Source of the DNA: a bacterium
GTDB lineage: Bacteria; Patescibacteriota; Patescibacteriia; UBA1558; S5-K13
Assembly: GCA_029555085.1 (NCBI GenBank)
Contig: JAKPTO010000026.1
Span: 37,217-101,216, forward strand
Direction of reading: 5' to 3'
DNA length: 64,000 nt
Under the pieces are notes generated by a model. The model ran no database searches and was not told the origin of the DNA. It was given only the letters and a program-made list of their open reading frames with translations. Position numbers and translations under genes: made by a program. Of this stretch, positions 60,266 through 64,000 are shown piece after piece. Positions within the stretch are counted from its first letter, which is position 1. Every line of letters starts with the position of its first letter.

Positions 60266-61501
60266 TTATTTCAAATCAATACTATATAGATACCCAGTAG
60301 ATGAATCTATATAATACATCTGTGAATCATTCTGATTCGTATATATCTTATCTATTGAAATTCTATTATTATTTACCATTGGCTGGGCAATTATTTGCTG
60401 ATTTCCTGTTGATATATTTATTTTATAAATAGAATAAGGAATTCCACTTGCTAAACCCGGATTAAGCCCAGCTCCTCTTGGCATAGAATCTGGCACAGCA
60501 CAATAAACAACATCATTATTTGATTGACTAAAAGAACATTTATTTATCCAGGTATTTATTCCCATAGATACCTTCCCATAACCCAAATCGTCTCCCTGAC
60601 CATTTGCAAACCACAAAGTTGGCTTAAAATCGCTTCTCTGTGATGTAACATTATATAGAAGTTTATCGCCTTGCGTATTCCACATACCATCAAAATTAAA
60701 ACCATCAACAACCAATGATCTTAAATTTTTATCATCTTCATTGATAAAATATATTTCCTGTCTTTCTAAATCATATTGTTTTCTAAAGGTTGCCATCACC
60801 TCGCCATTTGGGCTCCAAATATTTTTTATATTCCTTGCCTGATCAGCTATCGGCCTTATAAATTTGAAATTACTCGCGTCTGAATTAGAAGTGACTAAAT
60901 AATTCTGATCTTCATAATCACCCATCCATTTATAAGACAATTTATCACCTGTTTCAGAAAAAGCAAAGTCTTGAGTTTCTTGTGGAAATCTTGCTATAAA
61001 TTCTTCTCTTTCAAAATCATACAATACTTTTGTATTATCTGGATATTCTAAAATTGCTTGATTTTTTGTGGGTGAAAAAGTTGCATTAGTTACAGAATAA
61101 AATTTCCTATCAGATAATTTAGAAATAGTACCATCCCCTGAAACCTTGAAAAAACTCTGATTCAAATTATCATAATACACAACTCCATTATTTACTGCGC
61201 TATAAGTGTTTATGCTTGCTATATTTTTACCAACAACTTCTTGAGAATTTGTTACTAGCTCTTCATCTGTTCCCATAATTTCTGGTTTAGTTGTGATAAT
61301 TGTCTCGCCTCCAGTATCTATTATCTGCGGACCACCAATACCAACATCTGGAAACCCTACATCACTAGGCGTGGTATCAATTGGTGAAGAAATTGGTTCT
61401 TGCTTTCTTGCAAAAAATGTAAAATAAATAAGAAAAGCCATTCCGATACTAACCGCTAAAAAAAGTAATATTAAAATTATTTTTTTTGTATTTTCAGGCA
61501 T
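60266..61501 (-). CDS. Membrane-anchored periplasmic beta-propeller-like (TolB-like) protein
   Basis: N-terminal TM segment; repeated beta-strand-rich blocks with a WSPNG-type motif. Confidence 0.4.
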   Translation of the reverse strand: MPENTKKIILILLFLAVSIGMAFLIYFTFFARKQEPISSPIDTTPSDVGFPDVGIGGPQIIDTGGETIITTKPEIMGTDEELVTNSQEVVGKNIASINTYSAVNNGVVYYDNLNQSFFKVSGDGTISKLSDRKFYSVTNATFSPTKNQAILEYPDNTKVLYDFEREEFIARFPQETQDFAFSETGDKLSYKWMGDYEDQNYLVTSNSDASNFKFIRPIADQARNIKNIWSPNGEVMATFRKQYDLERQEIYFINEDDKNLRSLVVDGFNFDGMWNTQGDKLLYNVTSQRSDFKPTLWFANGQGDDLGYGKVSMGINTWINKCSFSQSNNDVVYCAVPDSMPRGAGLNPGLASGIPYSIYKINISTGNQQIIAQPMVNNNRISIDKIYTNQNDSQMYYIDSSTGYLYSIDLK

Positions 61502-61619
61502 TGTAATTTTATTATTTTATAAAATATTTAAATTAATTTTTTATAATTTATCATCAATCGCCACCAAATATTGATAAAAAATACTATCCATTCTTTCACA
61601 GTTAAACTTTTCAACGTTT

Positions 61620-62513
61620 CTAAGTAACCCCTAGTAAATCCCCTATTGCAGACTTTAGTAAGTCTAATAAATCTTTTATAGCATCGATAGGATCTGTTAA
61701 AATATACCCTATTAAAAATAATAGTAAAAATATAATTGTCAAAAGTGCTATAATTATAGCTCCTATAAGAACAAAAGCTATCATTGCTCCATGGTTCATT
61801 TTATCCTTACCTTCTAATATTTCTTTTGTCGCTAGGGCTGGATTTGTTATAGAAACAAAATGACAAAATAACTGACTACCCATTATATATTTACCTATAA
61901 AATGAAATGCCAAATAAAACCATGTTAAACCATAACTATCGATTAAATGTTCATAAGAAAACTTATAGGCGGCAAAAGATGCTAACTTTAATTTGTTTTT
62001 AGCTTTTGTTTTAGCATCAGCTGCCTTTTTCTTAATATTAGCAATTCCCTGTCCTAATTTACTATTTCTTAATTTCTCTTTTTGTCTTTCTAAAAATCTT
62101 GCCTTTTGTTTTGCCTGTTCAAGAGCTGCTTTTGGATTTTCATCTGGATCAATGGTTTGAGAAATTTCTGAATTATCATTCTGAGCATTGACATTATCTG
62201 AATTATCTTGATTTGTATCTGATTGCCTGTAGTCTGGTTGTTGATTTATTGCACCAATGGTACTTAAAGGTAAATCGCTATTGCTTGGCCTAACTAATCC
62301 ACTCTCACCCTCTCTTTTCGCAGTCTCCCTACCCTGTCTTAACTGTGAAATAGGCCCCCTTAAATCTTCTGGGGTCGACGCCTCTTCCAAAAATTCTGTT
62401 CCATATTTTATAGAGGATTTAACTCCCCCAGTAATACCACCAACTTCATTTCTAACTGCACCAGCAACAGTTTTAAAGCGTCTCCCAATAGTTGATGATG
62501 CTTTACTTGGCAT
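61620..62513 (-). CDS. Hypothetical membrane protein (polar N-terminal region, C-terminal multi-TM region)
   Basis: The C-terminal third carries 3-4 hydrophobic helices. It may be a T4SS membrane component; no diagnostic motif was found. Confidence 0.35.
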   Translation of the reverse strand: MPSKASSTIGRRFKTVAGAVRNEVGGITGGVKSSIKYGTEFLEEASTPEDLRGPISQLRQGRETAKREGESGLVRPSNSDLPLSTIGAINQQPDYRQSDTNQDNSDNVNAQNDNSEISQTIDPDENPKAALEQAKQKARFLERQKEKLRNSKLGQGIANIKKKAADAKTKAKNKLKLASFAAYKFSYEHLIDSYGLTWFYLAFHFIGKYIMGSQLFCHFVSITNPALATKEILEGKDKMNHGAMIAFVLIGAIIIALLTIIFLLLFLIGYILTDPIDAIKDLLDLLKSAIGDLLGVT

Positions 62514-62517
62514 AATA

Positions 62518-63081
62518 TTATTTCCATGAAACAGAATCTACTAACCATTTATCATTTACAAAAACTAATGACAAATCTGCTTTTTTATAAAAAGTTGCTT
62601 CTTCTCCGTTTTTCGATTCTATTTGCTGTAATTGAAGAGAAACAAGCGCCGAATTATTATCTAACTCTAAAATCGTTGCATTTATAAGTTTAGTAGTTAT
62701 TCCATAATAATTTTTATTATCTGAAAAATTAGCATTACTTGATATATAATTTTTTGCCTGACTATACATATGATCAGTTATCATTGGAGAAATAAGTTCA
62801 TAAAAATCTTCTGTTTGATTTGACCACGATCCATAGCGTTCTATAAAATTTCTCGCAGTTTCGATTACTAATGAATTTTCATCAATTTTTGCATTAGATT
62901 CAAATTCTAATGAGTTAAATTCTTCTTTTTTAGGTTCTTCCATAACCTGCTGTGGCGGAATCTGATCCTCTGGTTTTATAATTTCCTGTTTTGGTTTTTT
63001 AAAAAATATAATTAAAAAAGTCAGCAATATAATTATTATTAAAATAACCAAGATAATTATTTGTTTTTTATTTATTTGCAT
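62518..63081 (-). CDS. Hypothetical bitopic membrane protein (VirB8-like architecture)
   Basis: N-terminal TM segment plus an about 150-aa extracytoplasmic domain. Confidence 0.3.
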   Translation of the reverse strand: MQINKKQIIILVILIIIILLTFLIIFFKKPKQEIIKPEDQIPPQQVMEEPKKEEFNSLEFESNAKIDENSLVIETARNFIERYGSWSNQTEDFYELISPMITDHMYSQAKNYISSNANFSDNKNYYGITTKLINATILELDNNSALVSLQLQQIESKNGEEATFYKKADLSLVFVNDKWLVDSVSWK

Positions 63082-63113
63082 ACAATTTTATTTCAATTAA
63101 TTATTATATTAAA

Positions 63114-64000
63114 TTAATTTTGAATCCTATTTAATTGTTCAAATTCTTTTTTTGCGGCTTCTATTTCAAGTAATTGTCTTGGATCTGATGTGATTAGTTG
63201 ATCCTCTGTGTACGATGCTTCAATTTGAATAGCAACATGTTTATTTCCAGCAAAAAATATTCCCTGACCAACTTTTCCTTGTAATAATAAATATTTTTCT
63301 TCCTGGGTTAATAAAAATGTTTTTTGTATTAACTCAATAGCCGCTGGAGATTGTTTTAATAATAATTGCAAAGCCGAATTTGTAACTATTGCTTGTCCAT
63401 ACGGAGAAATCAAGAAATCATTCACATCCTGAGTTATAGTTGTCACTCCTAAATAATATTTTCTACATCTTTTGACAAGTGAAAAAATAAACTTAGCGCT
63501 ATCTTCGTGTTGCATTAACCACCAAGCCTCATCAATAATTAATATTCTTTTTTTCATACTTGACCGAACTATATTCCATATATAATTTATTATTGTATAA
63601 ATTGCTATAGGACGAAGTTCATCTTCTAAATCTCTAACACTGAAAACCACTAACTGATTTGATATATTAACATTGGTTGGGCTATTAAATAATCCGGAAA
63701 ATGTTCCTTCTGTATATTTTTTAATTCTCTGAGCTAAATTTTCTCCCCCCTGAATTCCTTCTAAAACTTCCTCAAAATCTTTCATAAGTGGAGATTCTAT
63801 ATTGTCTATATCACTGTCTTCAGTTATATCTTTTTTTGCGTATGTTTCTACTAATGCTCTATCAACAATTGAATCTTCCAGATGCGTCAAATCTCCAACC
63901 ATTAATCTAGTCAATCCCTTTAGAGTTATAACTGCGCTTCTTATTATATCACCAATTCTCATTTCCTTTGTAAGTCCACGCGGTAAATCAAATGGATTTA
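63114..64000 (-). CDS. VirB4/TrbE-family type IV secretion ATPase, C-terminal part (N-terminus beyond the window end)
   Basis: Walker B region RILIIDEAWWLM, then KRCRKYYLGVTTITQDVNDF, characteristic of VirB4. The ORF continues to the window edge. Confidence 0.6.
   Translation of the reverse strand, partial: NPFDLPRGLTKEMRIGDIIRSAVITLKGLTRLMVGDLTHLEDSIVDRALVETYAKKDITEDSDIDNIESPLMKDFEEVLEGIQGGENLAQRIKKYTEGTFSGLFNSPTNVNISNQLVVFSVRDLEDELRPIAIYTIINYIWNIVRSSMKKRILIIDEAWWLMQHEDSAKFIFSLVKRCRKYYLGVTTITQDVNDFLISPYGQAIVTNSALQLLLKQSPAAIELIQKTFLLTQEEKYLLLQGKVGQGIFFAGNKHVAIQIEASYTEDQLITSDPRQLLEIEAAKKEFEQLNRIQN

Overview
The window is visibly AT-rich and gene-dense, with most genes on the minus strand and many start/stop overlaps. 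Content is consistent with a small-genome anaerobic bacterium; the overall gene set resembles Patescibacteria (CPR) or similar lineages, but that lineage call is inference only. No rRNA genes or CRISPR array were seen.

Recognisable core genes:
- lipid and envelope: HAD-IB hydrolase, plsC, acyl-CoA synthetase, lgt, DsbA-family protein, DD-carboxypeptidase, an M23 peptidase with a T9SS-like C-terminal domain
- translation: rplY, tgt, ileS, gatC-gatA, and smpB followed by tmRNA (ssrA), then infC-rpmI-rplT and tRNA-Asp
- DNA metabolism: recO, ligA, recG, radA
- transport: a MacAB-like efflux locus (HlyD adaptor, one ABC ATPase, two FtsX permeases)
- a type IV pilus pseudopilin operon with prepilin peptidase
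- an oxidative-damage cluster: Ogg2-type glycosylase, nth, desulfoferrodoxin, rubrerythrin

Accessory features:
1. Two giant ORFs of 1847 and 1707 aa. The first carries an N-terminal excisionase-type HTH, collagen-like Gly-X-Y repeats, a duplicated tail-fibre-like module, an internal peptidase-S74-like chaperone domain and acidic T/E-rich C-terminal tandem repeats.
2. A DUF11-like repeat surface protein.
3. A tandem ~115-bp duplication that includes the 3' end of tRNA-Asp, which looks like an att-site scar.
4. A T4SS-like cluster at the 3' end of the window: a VirB4-like ATPase fragment, a protein with VirB2-like paired transmembrane helices fused to a lytic-transglycosylase domain, and a DsbA-like protein lacking its CxxC motif.

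The most interesting locus is a tightly overlapping three-gene minus-strand operon at 50340-54427. It encodes a stand-alone reverse transcriptase with an IGDD active-site variant, a membrane ABC-exporter-like protein with degenerate ATPase motifs, and a membrane-anchored PLD/HKD-family protein. Upstream lies a ~180-nt noncoding region bounded by a 14-bp inverted repeat. I read this as a candidate retron-like or defence-associated reverse-transcriptase system.
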